Source: Lingula anatina (taxonomy: Eukaryota > Animalia > Brachiopoda). Taken from it: DNA of 64,000 nucleotides. Within the stretch, counting starts at the first letter, position 1, and every line of letters begins with the position of its first letter. Positions 38,989 through 51,590 of the stretch are shown here, piece by piece. Position numbers and translations under genes: made by a program. A model generated the notes under the pieces. That model saw only the letters and a program-made list of their open reading frames with translations. It was not told where the DNA came from and made no database searches. Location of the stretch: NCBI GenBank assembly GCA_051362555.1, contig CM120646.1, positions 3,410,001 to 3,474,000 of the forward strand, given 5' to 3'.

Positions 38989-40029
38989 TTAGTCAGTCTT
39001 ATCAATGGCCATTCTTAGCATTGTTTTAAGCTGAGAGTCTTCTGTACACAAAATACACATCCAGAAGACTGGGGCAACATCTCTAAGAAAAGATGACAGT
39101 GGACCCATCCAACCTCGCACAGAATTCTCGCTGCTTGCATCCTCCACAGCGTCTTGGCCCTGTCTCTCTTCGGCTGTGTCTTCGCCCATGGCTTCGCAAT
39201 CCCTGTCTTCACGGTTTGGGCCCTGAAAAACTTTCGACTGTGTTTTGGACATAGGTGAGACGGGGCTGTACCAGTCCACAGGGGGTGAGGAAGAACCACG
39301 GTCTTCAGGAGCGGCCGCATTTCCCTCACTGAAATTCTGATTTAATGGCTCCAGTCGCGCTGTAACGGAGTCACGGCCGGTGCCAACATGCACAAGTGGT
39401 GGTGGTGGTAAATCCTGACTCGGATTATCCCCGGGAGAACTCGGACCTGGTTGAGGTTGTCCTTCCACAGTTTGGTGCCTTACATCGTCGTTGAAGTGCG
39501 GTCCATATGAGCTTTCGACCCTTGTCTGACGTACTCCATCCCGAGGTTCTAGTGTCTTCATTCCCTTGTTTTGAAAGGAATAAAGAAATAATTTAATTTA
39601 ATTTGTTATATTACAAATAATATGTTTTAGAATGCACATGTTGAAATGACGACATCTGTTATTCAAGTGTATTTGGATGATACACATTTAGGTCTCCTAT
39701 TAGATCAAGAGCAAAACAAATATGAAAAACAAATCATTTACATGTGAGAACATGCAATTTAACCAAAACGTTGATTTATCGTGCAACTTTCGATTGTGGT
39801 GTATATTTTTTGTCATTGCAGATATTCGGAGTAGTATATCACGTAATTAAACCTGAATTAACTATTGTTCATAAAATTAGATATTTATACCTCTTGCTGG
39901 CATTCCAAGCCGTCAGACTGTGTCTGGAGAAGAGGGGGAGGTTGGCCACCCCTGAAAAATAAAGAAAATGAAAATAAATGAAATTTGAAATAAGCTAAAA
40001 TTACAACAATTTTATCAGTTCCTTTTTAG

Positions 40030-40068
<39 letters not shown>

Positions 40069-40528
40069 AGAAAGTGGGAGGGGGTCGAAATAGGTAAAGT
40101 TTGGTATTTCTCATTAGGTTCTAAGTTAAATAAAATCTTACTTCAGTTTACAACCCATTTTTAAAGAAAAACCATTTTAATAAAAGACATGAAACTTAAA
40201 TTTAAAAATTGACAAAGCGAAGCAGGAGGACGAGGGGGCTCCCTGTAGCCCTCTGTATCTGCCTCTCGGTATGCATCTGACTATCAGATTATTTTATATA
40301 TAATTATATATATATGGAATAATATATAATTATGATTAAATTTACACCTCATTCAGCTCTCAATCATGGAAACCACTCGGAGAGGAGTACAATGCATTAT
40401 GGTAAAGATATTAACATACGTGACGTCATCTTGTGAATAAAGGACGTCGCATGGCGGAACTGACTCTTCCTGTGGTCGACTTATTTCTCCATTGCTTTTA
40501 TCGCCTGGTCCTTCGTTATTCCCGTCAT
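38989..40528 (-). CDS. Tail module 4 (C-type): exons 40528-40420 (109 nt), 39951-39891, 39564-38989; altered C-terminus
   Basis: First tail exon is 18 nt longer in frame (PPCDVLYSQDDV). A 16-nt deletion at ~39036 shifts the end to ...CTEDSQLKTMLRMAIDKTD*. Confidence 0.72.
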
Positions 40529-42676
40529 CTGCAAATATATTAACAATATTTAAGGGACCAAATTCAACTCACATTCTAAATTCTACTTAAAAACTAGACA
40601 GCAGAGCTGTCAAATATACAGATACCATAGAGGAAACAAGGCAGCAAAGCTGACAAATGTTCAGTACACAGAAAAGAGTGCGCCAAATATTTTGACCAAT
40701 TTTAGTGCACTGTTTCCGGGTACATAATGCTTTATAACAGCATAATCACTCTTACCCTATTACATTATGTACTACAGGTAACATGGACATTGAAATACTA
40801 GCAAGTAATTCAGTTTCATGGGATAGAAAAGCCACTGAAAATGTGTAAAAAATAAAATAAATATAAAAAAAAGATTAATTACCGTAAACATAAACCTATC
40901 ATGCCGATTTTTGAAAGCAACCTGCCTTTTAATCAAAGAAAGCCACGAAGTAAATTTAAAGTAAAACGAAAATATAGTTTGATAACCGATAATGCTGATT
41001 TTTGAAAGCAACCTGATTTTTTACCAAACAATGCCACTCAGTAACTTTAAAGCAAAACAAAAATACGTTTTAGAAACTAAAGGATGAACGTCACCAACAT
41101 TTTGCAAGAAAACAAAAGTGTACGGTTAGGAAGTTATGGGGCAAAAATTATGAAAAAAAAGAAACAAAATAATTACCATAAATGTAAACCGATCATGCTT
41201 ATTTTCGAAAGCAACCAGCTTCTTTACCAATTGAACAAAGCCACTCAGTAAATTTAAAGTAAACAAAAATAAGGTCTGGAAGATGTGGGGCGAACGTCAC
41301 CAAAATGTGAAAAAAAAAGAATTATTGCCGTAAATGAAAACAGATCGTGCCGATCTTCGAAAGTGACCTGCCTCTTTACCAATTAAAGCCACTCAGCAAA
41401 TTTAAAGTAAAACAAAAATACGGTTTGGAAGTTATGGGGCGAAGGTCATGTGTCGGATAGCGACAGCGACAGCGAGGACACACCAATCAGAATTACATGT
41501 GTCTGTATATAAATAGCAAAAAGAAAGAAAACGCGGTATTCCGGCGGCTGGTTTCCTTAACAACGTACCAACAAATAACTGACAACAAATAAACAGCCTA
41601 TCAGACATTTGAAACCCCCTGCATTGCCTAGAACAACAGAAAAGCAACTAAGTGTGTATACAAGCAATATGGGGAGCGTATGTAACTATGGTGACCTCAG
41701 ATTATTCCAATCTCTAAGTCAAGAACAAATGTAAATATGGCGCTTGATTACACCCTAGTTTTTACCACCTAGTTTTTTCGCGATGACGGTTATATGCATA
41801 AGGATAAGGATGTTTTGTTTTATAATATTTTTTATTAAAGAGATAACAGCTCTTCATTTGAAATTAAAAATCCCACAATGCATACATTGTAAGCAACACA
41901 GAGAAATCTTATAAATTCCATTCTACAACCAAAACGGTGGCCATCGCAATTATTCTGAAATCGGACATCGTGGACCTTCATAGTTAGCTACCCTACGACC
42001 CTCCCCCCCACCCCCACCCCAAAAAAAAAACACTTAAAAATCATGCAATCGACTAACTTTGAATGTTGGAGCAGATTCATTATCCACTACTAAAGATGGG
42101 AACACCGTCGGTCACTTTTCCAGAAAAAAAATTAAACTTTGGTCTGTAAACACCATAGAACCATGGTCATTTACATTTTTTAATTGATCACTTTTACGTT
42201 GCAAGGTATTCTGATATAATATCTGGAAAATAATATTATATATAAAACGGGAAAGACCCACTGTTGGTTTCTTTGTCAACGTGCTGAACTCGACTCAGCC
42301 TATGACTAATTTGTATTGACAATAACAAAAAAGCCGCTCGCTTGGAAAAAAATCTATAGCCTACAAAAGGGTCAATATTATATATAAAAAAAGCCCCGTT
42401 GGTTTCTTTGTCAACGTACTGTAACACAACTCGACTCAGCCCATGACTCATTTGAAATCCACGGTATTAACAATAATAATAATAATTATAATAATTATAA
42501 TAAAAGTCGGATGAAGTCCATACAAAAGAGTTTACAAACAACTTTGCGATCACGGCTATTATCAGTGATCTGAGTTTTCTGAATTTACATATTTGTCCAA
42601 TGATCTATTTATTCATTCAGCAAGTTGTTTTTCTTCATATTTTCTTGTATCAATGTATTACATTACATTAAATTAA

Positions 42677-42886
42677 ATTACCTCCGCCAAGGAGGTTATG
42701 TTTTCACCCCTGTTTGTTTGTCCGTCTGTCATCAACATAACTCAAAAAGTTATGGACCGATTTTGATGAAATTTTCAGGAACTGTCAGAAGTGGGCCAAG
42801 GTACAGATGATTAGTTTTTGGTGGTGATCGAAATTTTAGGGTTGAAACGGCATTGGATGGAGACTTTGCTGCCTTGGTGAAGGTCT
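42677..42886 (+). mobile_element. HINE-like element, copy 2
   Basis: Same sequence and position as 28051-28260. Confidence 0.65.
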
Positions 42887-42944
42887 TGTTTATAATATAT
42901 CAAGAGAGAGAGAGATAGAGAGAGAATCAAACTCTCTTTTTCTA

Positions 42945-43466
42945 CTACCGACCTTGTACCGGCTGTGCAACACCCGCAGTCAGCGCTCTCCGCAACTTAT
43001 CCAGCGCTTCTGGGTCATCTTCTGGTAGGACTGCGGCAGCTTCAAAGTAAAGGCATTTTATAACTCTATATTTCTTCATCTTGTCGTTAATATCTTGAAC
43101 GGTAACGCCGAGGGCACATACGGGTATGAACTGGGCACGTCCCAACCGATCTAATAAGGCACTGTCAGCAATACATTTGCTCCAGCAGTCTTGGATGAAA
43201 GCCGGGCATATGACTGGTACAAAAAACTTCGACTTTTTTAAAACATCAAAACGTCCGTCAAAAACACTCTGTCCAGGGTTCACGTCATTGCAGTCAAAGA
43301 ACACTTTCAGGTTACATTTTGTTTCGAAATATTTTGCAAGGGCACACGCAAAGTCAATATTTTTTCTTATAGCTTCCTCGCCTGCGTTTCCTGTCGCCAG
43401 TTCACGATCATAGCCCAACAAGTAAACGTCATACATGTAAGGCTCTACACTCAAACTGGCCGCCAT
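42945..43466 (-). CDS. TIR-domain exon, class C; predicted to splice at 42953 to tail module 4
   Basis: YDVYLLGY (betaA), KVFFDCNDVNPG (BB loop), SKFFVPVICPAFIQDCW. Same TGA-GAT-ATG start context and CAAG|gtcggt donor. Confidence 0.88.
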   Translation of the reverse strand: MAASLSVEPYMYDVYLLGYDRELATGNAGEEAIRKNIDFACALAKYFETKCNLKVFFDCNDVNPGQSVFDGRFDVLKKSKFFVPVICPAFIQDCWSKCIADSALLDRLGRAQFIPVCALGVTVQDINDKMKKYRVIKCLYFEAAAVLPEDDPEALDKLRRALTAGVAQPVQGR

Positions 43467-43605
43467 ATCTCAGATACTGGTTTGGGAGTGCAATATTCTT
43501 GAGTAGGGTGTTCTGACAACGAGGTTTTCGACTCCTATTGTCAAGCGAAGAACAAGGAAGTGCCGTCGCGTCCGAATACAGTTTGGGTTGTACTAGTGGG
43601 CAACA

Positions 43606-43740
43606 CTACAGGAGCGCTTCCGTAAATTTTTCACTTCTCGTTATAGCTTCCTCGTCTGCGTTTCCTGTTAACATTGTTCTATCACAGCTCAACAATAAAA
43701 CGTCATATTTCCTCTGCTCCGATCTGCAACTTGCCGCCAT
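43606..43740 (-). pseudogene. 5' fragment of an A/B-type TIR exon forming a 44-aa upstream ORF
   Basis: MAASCRSEQRKYDVLLLSCDRTMLTGNADEEAITRSEKFTEAL followed by CTG TAG at the junction (~43611) with the C-type leader. Confidence 0.85.
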
Positions 43741-44598
43741 ATCTCAGATAGGACTATTGATTTGTGAGTTCAATCTTCTTGTGTACAGTGTCCTAACAAC
43801 GAGCTTTCCGACCTCTGCCAGTGTGTAAACCTATATATATTTTGGCCCTTTACTGTCAAGCGGAGAAAACTGAAGTGCCGTCGTATGGACAACAATACAG
43901 GGAATATGTTTATATGTTGTTGCGTTTCCAACCAACACCGCCATTTTGTTATACAGTACATTTATGCTTTATTCCAATAATCAATGATTGCATTTGTCAG
44001 TCTTTAAAAATATAGTGCAGAGAAAGCCACATGTAAACGGGTACTTTCGGGTCTTTTGTGACATTCTTTTAAGTTTTAATATGAAAAATAAGTTAGAAAA
44101 CTCTCCTTTATCTGATATACAGAAACCAATAGTCTAAAACAAGTGGGGCACTTGCGCTGAGGTGATTCATCCCCAGAAATGGACTGCATGACGTCACGCA
44201 TAGCCCACTGCGCATGCGTGCATTTTTAATACGTTGCTAGATTGCCATAGATAAATGAATGGGTTCGCGATTCGTGGGTAATTCGTGATACTTGACAAAC
44301 TAACGGCCTGCTGTCGATAGACAGCAACGCTGTGCTATGCTTCAAGCAACTCCTGACCAATAGGGTTTAAAAAAATTATGTTGTACACACGTACTAAGAA
44401 GTTTGCCGTGCATTGCCTAGCCTACCCTCAGCAAAACGAATTTATTTTCAGAAATAGTGATTTTAGACTGTAGATTCACTCAGAAACAAAGGCAAACTAA
44501 TTCGTTGCCGATAGCACCAGCAGATGGCAGCACCATACAGAGTCTGTTTTAAAACTTTCATGGCAATTGAAGAACTTTTACCACTGTACAATGGAGTC

Positions 44599-44634
<36 letters not shown>

Positions 44635-45694
44635 CACTTGGCACAAATGTAAAACTGTCCAGTGCAAGGCCAAGAATTCAATCATTTTCAATCATATTAT
44701 CAGATTCTACATAAATTGACTGACAATATCACTATTTAATTAATCTCTTAATCCAAAATTCCTATCATCATTTAGTAATTATGCAAAATTCTTCTTTCAG
44801 ATTGCTATTTATTTTAATTTTTTCATGCTGCAACTGTTCCAAAATAATCTTGCAGAAAAGGAAAAATACAAAATAGAAGTGGAAGACCATTTTTACTCAA
44901 ATTATTCATTTATTTGAATATAAAAAGAATAAGATCACTATTTAACAACTTAAAATAATATTTCATGAACTCTTTCATAAATAACATATTAAACAAAAAT
45001 AATAGTTATAAATTAGTGGTAATGGCTTATTCTGAAATATATGACCTCTGCACACCATCAGTACTTGGTACAGTATAGTTACTTCTTGGATACAGAGTTA
45101 TATTTTTTATAATGTAACAATAAGAACAATATATATTACAATAAACTCCTCTGCACATGTCAGACGCTAGTTACTACGAACTAACACTCGAGCACTTATC
45201 ACAGAGTCTGTGTACGATGACATTGTTGTGCTGTGATTGGCTAGTTAAGTCACGTGAAGCCCTACTGTAGCGCCCTCGCGTATCGCGTGAAAGCTGCGCA
45301 TTATTGGCCTTTCAGCCAGAACTTCTAACACAGTCAGCGAGCCTTTCAGATTCATGGTGAACTTACTAAATGTAGGTCTATTTAACACCTGTCTGTCTCG
45401 TATTTTTTTCCTTTTTGACACATGCATTGCATTTTTAAACACGAACGCTTCTTATGTTTGAGAATTCTGAAATATATGAAACGTCGCCAAGCTGACTTTA
45501 AAAATGTTAAAGACTGTCTTAACCAAACAGACTAAGCGTGCTCGAAAGGTATACTGGAGTATCTGATTTGTTTTGTTAAATGAGCTTTGAAATTTTCATC
45601 ATATGACTAACAATGTCACATCACTCCAATGCAGAGGTACTCCTTCCATCTTAAAACATAAAAACACACGCATGCATGCATGCATACATGTATG

Positions 45695-45733
<39 letters not shown>

Positions 45734-46835
45734 TAAGCGATAAAAGGCAAAACCAATACATTTACCGTCCTGTGTCCTATATAACTAGTTAACTGTCCTT
45801 ATTAACAGTGTACTACATTAGGTTTACATAACATCTACCAGGGTGAGTGAGGTGATTTCTTTCAGTTTTAATTGTCACCTTTGCCAAAGATTGTAAAGAT
45901 TTCCTTTGCCAAAGATTGTGAATTCTTCCAGACTATCTACATCTACAGTAGGTCTCGACTATAACTATTGCTGCATTTTTCTCCACTTCTAGACGAGGCC
46001 ATATAAAATGTTTCACTAACTTTGGTAGGCCTATAATATTTTTAGGCCATTTAGAATTACAAACAACTTTGTGGGTACTGGTATCAGCAGTGATTTTGGT
46101 CGGTGATTACACATTCATTGCCCCAAATCAAAACAATTATATATACTGGGTATTTGTCGATAAAAAAACTACGTAAACTTGATTTTAGTATGATAGTGCT
46201 ATGCCATAAATACCCAGTAAGCAATAAACAGAATATCCTCACATAACAATAACGCTGAGTTTTTGGTTTAAATAAAATGCTTTAAGTAATACAGGTCATG
46301 CATTTCTCGACTTCATACAATACGGTACGTTCTATTTACCTTTGCAAATTATTTTTATTTTTATTATTATTATAATTATTATTGTTACAATCTACATTCT
46401 ATTATGGCTTCAACAAGGTCTTATATCATCACATAATTTACATATCAGAACGTCGTATTTAAAAAAGATATTTTATGCGCCGTTTGAGGCCCATAAACAG
46501 TTCATTAATGAACTGCCATCTCTTACTTCATCCTGGTGAAATATTTGGATGGACATCAAAGTTCTCTTAAACTTTTGCCAAAGTTTCTTTATGAAGAAAC
46601 TTGATCACAACACATTAGATTTGATGGGTCTCAGTCTACACTTAAATTACTGATATGTACACGAGTATTAACCTAACATTGTGCCATTAGTCAGTCTGTG
46701 CATTAGCCAGACCTAGCATTAGTCAGTCTTTGCATTAGCCAGACTTAGCATTAGTCAGTCTTTGCATTAGCCAGTCTCAACATTAGCCGGTCTTTGCATT
46801 AGTCAGTCTTATCAATGGCCATTCTTAGCATTGTT

Positions 46836-47855
46836 TTAAGCTGAGAACAGCTGTGGTGTCGAGTCTTCTGTACACAAAATACACATCCAGAAGACTGGGG
46901 CAACATCTCTAAGAAAAGATGACAGTGGACCCATCCAACCTCGCACAGAATTCTCGCTGCTTGCATCCTCCACAGCGTCTTGGCCCTGTCTCTCTTCGGC
47001 TGTGTCTTCGCCCATGGCTTCGCAATCCCTGTCTTCACGGTTTGGGCCCTGAAAAACTTTCGACTGTGTTTTGGACATAGGTGAGACGGGGCTGTACCAG
47101 TCCACAGGGGGTGAGGAAGAACCACGGTCTTCAGGAGCGGCCGCATTTCCCTCACTGAAATTCTGATTTAATGGCTCCAGTCGCGCTGTAACGGAGTCAC
47201 GGCCGGTGCCAACATGCACAAGTGGTCGTGGTGGTAAATCCTGACTCGGATTATCCCCGGGAGAACTCGGACCTGGTTGAGGTTGTCCTTCCACAGTTTG
47301 GTGCCTTACATCGTCGTTGAAGTGCGGTCCATATGAGCTTTCGACCCTTGTCTGACGTACTCCATCCCGAGGTTCTAGTGTCTTCATTCCCTTGTTTTGA
47401 AAGGAATAAAGAAATAATTTAATTTAATTTGTTATATTACAAATAATATGTTTTAGAATGCACATGTTGAAATGACGACATCTGTTATTTAAGTGTAATT
47501 GGATGATACACATTTAGGTCTCCTATTAGATCAAGAGCAAAACAAATATGAAAAACAAATCATTTACATGTGAGAACATGCAATTTAACCAAAACGTTGA
47601 TTTATCGTGCAACTTTCGATTGTGGTGTATATTTTTTGTCATTGCAGATATTCGGAGTAGTATATCACGTAATTAAACCTGAATTAACTATTGTTCATAA
47701 AATTAGATATTTATACCTCTTGCTGGCATTCCAAGCCGTCAGACTGTGTCTGGAGAAGAGGGGGAGGTTGGCCACCCCTGAAAAATAAAGAAAATGAAAA
47801 TAAATGAAATTTGAAATAAGCTAAAATTACAACAATTTTATCAGTTCCTTTTTAG

Positions 47856-47914
<59 letters not shown>

Positions 47915-48374
47915 AGAAAGTGGGAGGGGGTCGAAATAGGTAAAGTTTGGTATTTCTCATTAGGTTCTAAGTTAAATAAAATCTTACTTCAGTTTACAAC
48001 CCATTTTTAAAGAAAAACCATTTTAATAAAAGACATGAAACTTAAATTTAAAAATTGACAAAGCGAAGCAGGAGGACGAGGGGGCTCCCTGTAGCCCTCT
48101 GTATCTGCCTCTCGGTATGCATCTGACTATCAGATTATTTTATATATAATTATATATATATGGAATAATATATAATTATGATTAAATTTACACCTCATTC
48201 AGCTCTCAATCATGGAAACCACTCGGAGAGGAGTACAATGCATTATGGTAAAGATATTAACATACGTGACGTCATCTTGTGAATAAAGGACGTCGCATGG
48301 CGGAACTGACTCTTCCTGTGGTCGACTTATTTCTCCATTGCTTTCATCGCCTGGTCCTTCGTTATTCCCGTCAT
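46836..48374 (-). CDS. Tail module 5 (C-type): exons 48374-48266, 47777-47717, 47390-46836
   Basis: Intact splice sites and frame. Joined to TIR exon 50803-51316 it gives 1239 nt (412 aa). Confidence 0.75.
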
Positions 48375-50514
48375 CTGCAAATATATTAACAATATTTAAG
48401 GGACCAAATTCAACTCACATTCTAAATTCTACTTAAAAACTAGACAGCAGAGCTGTCAAATATACAGATACCATAGAGGAAACAAGGCAGCAAAGCTGAC
48501 AAATGTTCAGTACACAGAAAAGAGTGCGCCAAATATTTTGACCAATTCTAGTGCACTGTTTCCGGGTACATAATGCTTTATAACAGCATAATCACTCTTA
48601 CCCTATTACATTATGTACTACAGGTAACATGGACATTGAAATACTAGCAAGTAATTCAGTTTCATGGGATAGAAAAGCCACTGAAAATGTGTAAAAAATA
48701 AAATAAATATAAAAAAAAGATTAATTACCATAAACATAAACCTATCATGCCGATTTTTGAAAGCAACCTGCCTTTTAATCAAACAAAGCCACGAAGTAAA
48801 TTTAAAGTAAAACGAAAATATAGTTTGATAACCGATAATGCTGATTTTTGAAAGCAACCTGATTTTTTACCAAACAATGCCACTCAGTAACTTTAAAGCA
48901 AAACAAAAATACGTTTTAGAAACTAAAGGATGAACGTCACCAACATTTTGCAAGAAAACAAAAGTGTACGGTTAGGAAGTTATGGGGCAAAAATTATGAA
49001 AAAAAAGAAACAAAATAATTACCATAAATGTAAACCGATCATGCTTATTTTCGAAAGCAACCAGCTTCTTTACCAATTGAACAAAGCCACTCAGTAAATT
49101 TAAAGTAAACAAAAATAAGGTCTGGAAGATGTGGGGCGAACGTCACCAAAATGTGAAAAAAAAAGAATTATTGCCGTAAATGAAAACAGATCGTGCCGAT
49201 CTTCGAAAGTGACCTGCCTCTTTACCAATTAAAGCCACTCAGCAAATTTAAAGTAAAACAAAAATACGGTTTGGAAGTTATGGGGCGAAGGTCATGTGTC
49301 GGATAGCGACAGCGACAGCGAGGACACACAAATCAGAATTACATGTGTCTGTATATAAATAGCAAAAAGAAAGAAAACGCGGTATTCCGGCGGCTGGTTT
49401 CCTTAACAACGTACCAACAAATAACTGACAACAAATAAACAGCCTATCAGACATTTGAAACCCCCTGTATTGCCTAGAACAACAGAAAAGCAACTAAGTG
49501 TGTATACAAGCAATATGGGGAGCGTATGTAACTATGGTGACCTCAGATTATTCCAATCTCTAAGTCAAGAACAAATGTAAATATGGCGCTTGATTACACC
49601 CTAGTTTTTACCACCTAGTTTTTTCGCGATGACGGTTATATGCATAAGGATAAGGATGTTTTGTTTTATAATATTTTTTATTAAAGAGATAACAGCTCTT
49701 CATTTGAAATTAAAAATCCCACAATGCATACATTGTAAGCAACACAGAGAAATCTTATAAATTCCATTCTACAACCAAAACGGTGGCCATCGCAATTATT
49801 CTGAAATCTGCTTGCCATCGGACATCGTGGACCTTCATAGTTAGCTACCCTACGACCCTCCCCCCCACCCCCACCCCCCAAAAAAAACACTTAAAAATCA
49901 TGCAATCGACTAACTTTGAATGTTGGAGCAGATTCATTATCCACTACTAAAGATGGGAACACCGTCGGTCAAAAAAAATTAAACTTTGGTCTGTAAACAC
50001 CATGGACCCATGGTCATTTACATTTTTTAATTGATCACTTTTACGTTGCAAGGTATTCTGATATAATATCTGGAAAATAATATTATATATAAAACGGGAA
50101 AGACCCACTGTTGGTTTCTTTGTCAACGTGCTGAACTCGACTCAGCCTATGACTAATTTGTATTGACAATAACAAAAAAGCCGCTCGCTTGGAAAAAAAT
50201 CTTTAGCCTACAAAAGGGTCAATATTATATATAAAAAAAGCCCCGTTGGTTTCTTTGTCAACGTACTGTAACACAACTCGACTCAGCCCATGACTCATTT
50301 GAAATCCACGGTATTAACAATAATAATAATAATTATAATAAAAGTCGGATGAAGTCCATACAAAAGAGTTTACAAACAACTTTGCGATCACGGCTATTAT
50401 CAGTGATCTGAGTTTTCTGAATTTACATATTTGTCCAATGATCTATTTATTCATTCAGCAAGTTGTTTTTCTTCATATTTTCTTGTATCAATGTATTACA
50501 TTACATTAAATTAA

Positions 50515-50724
50515 ATTACCTCCGCCAAGGAGGTTATGTTTTCACCCCTGTTTGTTTGTCCGTCTGTCATCAACATAACTCAAAAAGTTATGGACCGATT
50601 TTGATGAAATTTTCAGGAACTGTCAGAAGTGGGCCAAGGTACAGATGATTAGTTTTTGGTGGTGATCGAAATTTTAGGGTTGAAACGGCATTGGATGGAG
50701 ACTTTGCTGCCTTGGTGAAGGTCT
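50515..50724 (+). mobile_element. HINE-like element, copy 3
   Basis: Same sequence and position as 28051-28260. Confidence 0.65.
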
Positions 50725-50736
50725 TGTTTATAATAT

Positions 50737-50777
<41 letters not shown>

Positions 50778-50794
50778 CAAACTCTCTTTTTCTA

Positions 50795-51316
50795 CTACCG
50801 ACCTTGTACCGGCTGTGCAACACCCGCAGTCAGCGCTCTCCGCAACTTATCCAGCGCTTCTGGGTCATCTTCTGGTAGGACTGCGGCAGCTTCAAAGTAA
50901 AGGCATTTTATAACTCTATATTTCTTCATCTTGTCGTTAATATCTTGAACGGTAACGCCGAGGGCACATACGGGTATGAACTGGGCACGTCCCAACCGAT
51001 CTAATAAGGCACTGTCAGCAATATATTTGCTCCAGCAGTCTTGGATGAAAGCCGGGCATATGACTGGTACAAAAAACTTCGACTTTTTTAAAACATCAAA
51101 ACGTCCGTCAAAAACACTCTGTCCAGGGTTCACGTCATTGCAGTCAAAGAACACTTTCAGGTTACATTTTGTTTCGAAATATTTTGCAAGGGCACACGCA
51201 AAGTCAATATTTTTTCTTATAGCTTCCTCGCCTGCGTTTCCTGTCGCCAGTTCACGATCATAGCCCAACACGTAAACGTCATACATGTAAGGCTCTACAC
51301 TCAAACTGGCCGCCAT
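50795..51316 (-). CDS. TIR-domain exon, class C; predicted to splice to tail module 5
   Basis: Two amino-acid differences from 42945-43466. Confidence 0.88.
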   Translation of the reverse strand: MAASLSVEPYMYDVYVLGYDRELATGNAGEEAIRKNIDFACALAKYFETKCNLKVFFDCNDVNPGQSVFDGRFDVLKKSKFFVPVICPAFIQDCWSKYIADSALLDRLGRAQFIPVCALGVTVQDINDKMKKYRVIKCLYFEAAAVLPEDDPEALDKLRRALTAGVAQPVQGR

Positions 51317-51455
51317 ATCTCAGATACTGGTTTGGGAGTGCAATATTCTTGAGTAGGGTGTTCTGACAACGAGGTTTTCGACTCCTATTGTCAAGCGAAG
51401 AACAAGGAAGTGCCGTCGCGTCCGAATACAGTTTGGGTTGTACTAGTGGGCAACA

Positions 51456-51590
51456 CTACAGGAGCGCTTCCGTAAATTTTTCACTTCTCGTTATAGCTTC
51501 CTCGTCTGCGTTTCCTGTTAACATTGTTCTATCACAGCTCAACAATAAAACGTCATATTTCCTCTGCTCCGATCTGCAACTTGCCGCCAT
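51456..51590 (-). pseudogene. 5' TIR fragment / 44-aa upstream ORF, copy 2
   Basis: Same junction as 43606-43740. Confidence 0.85.
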
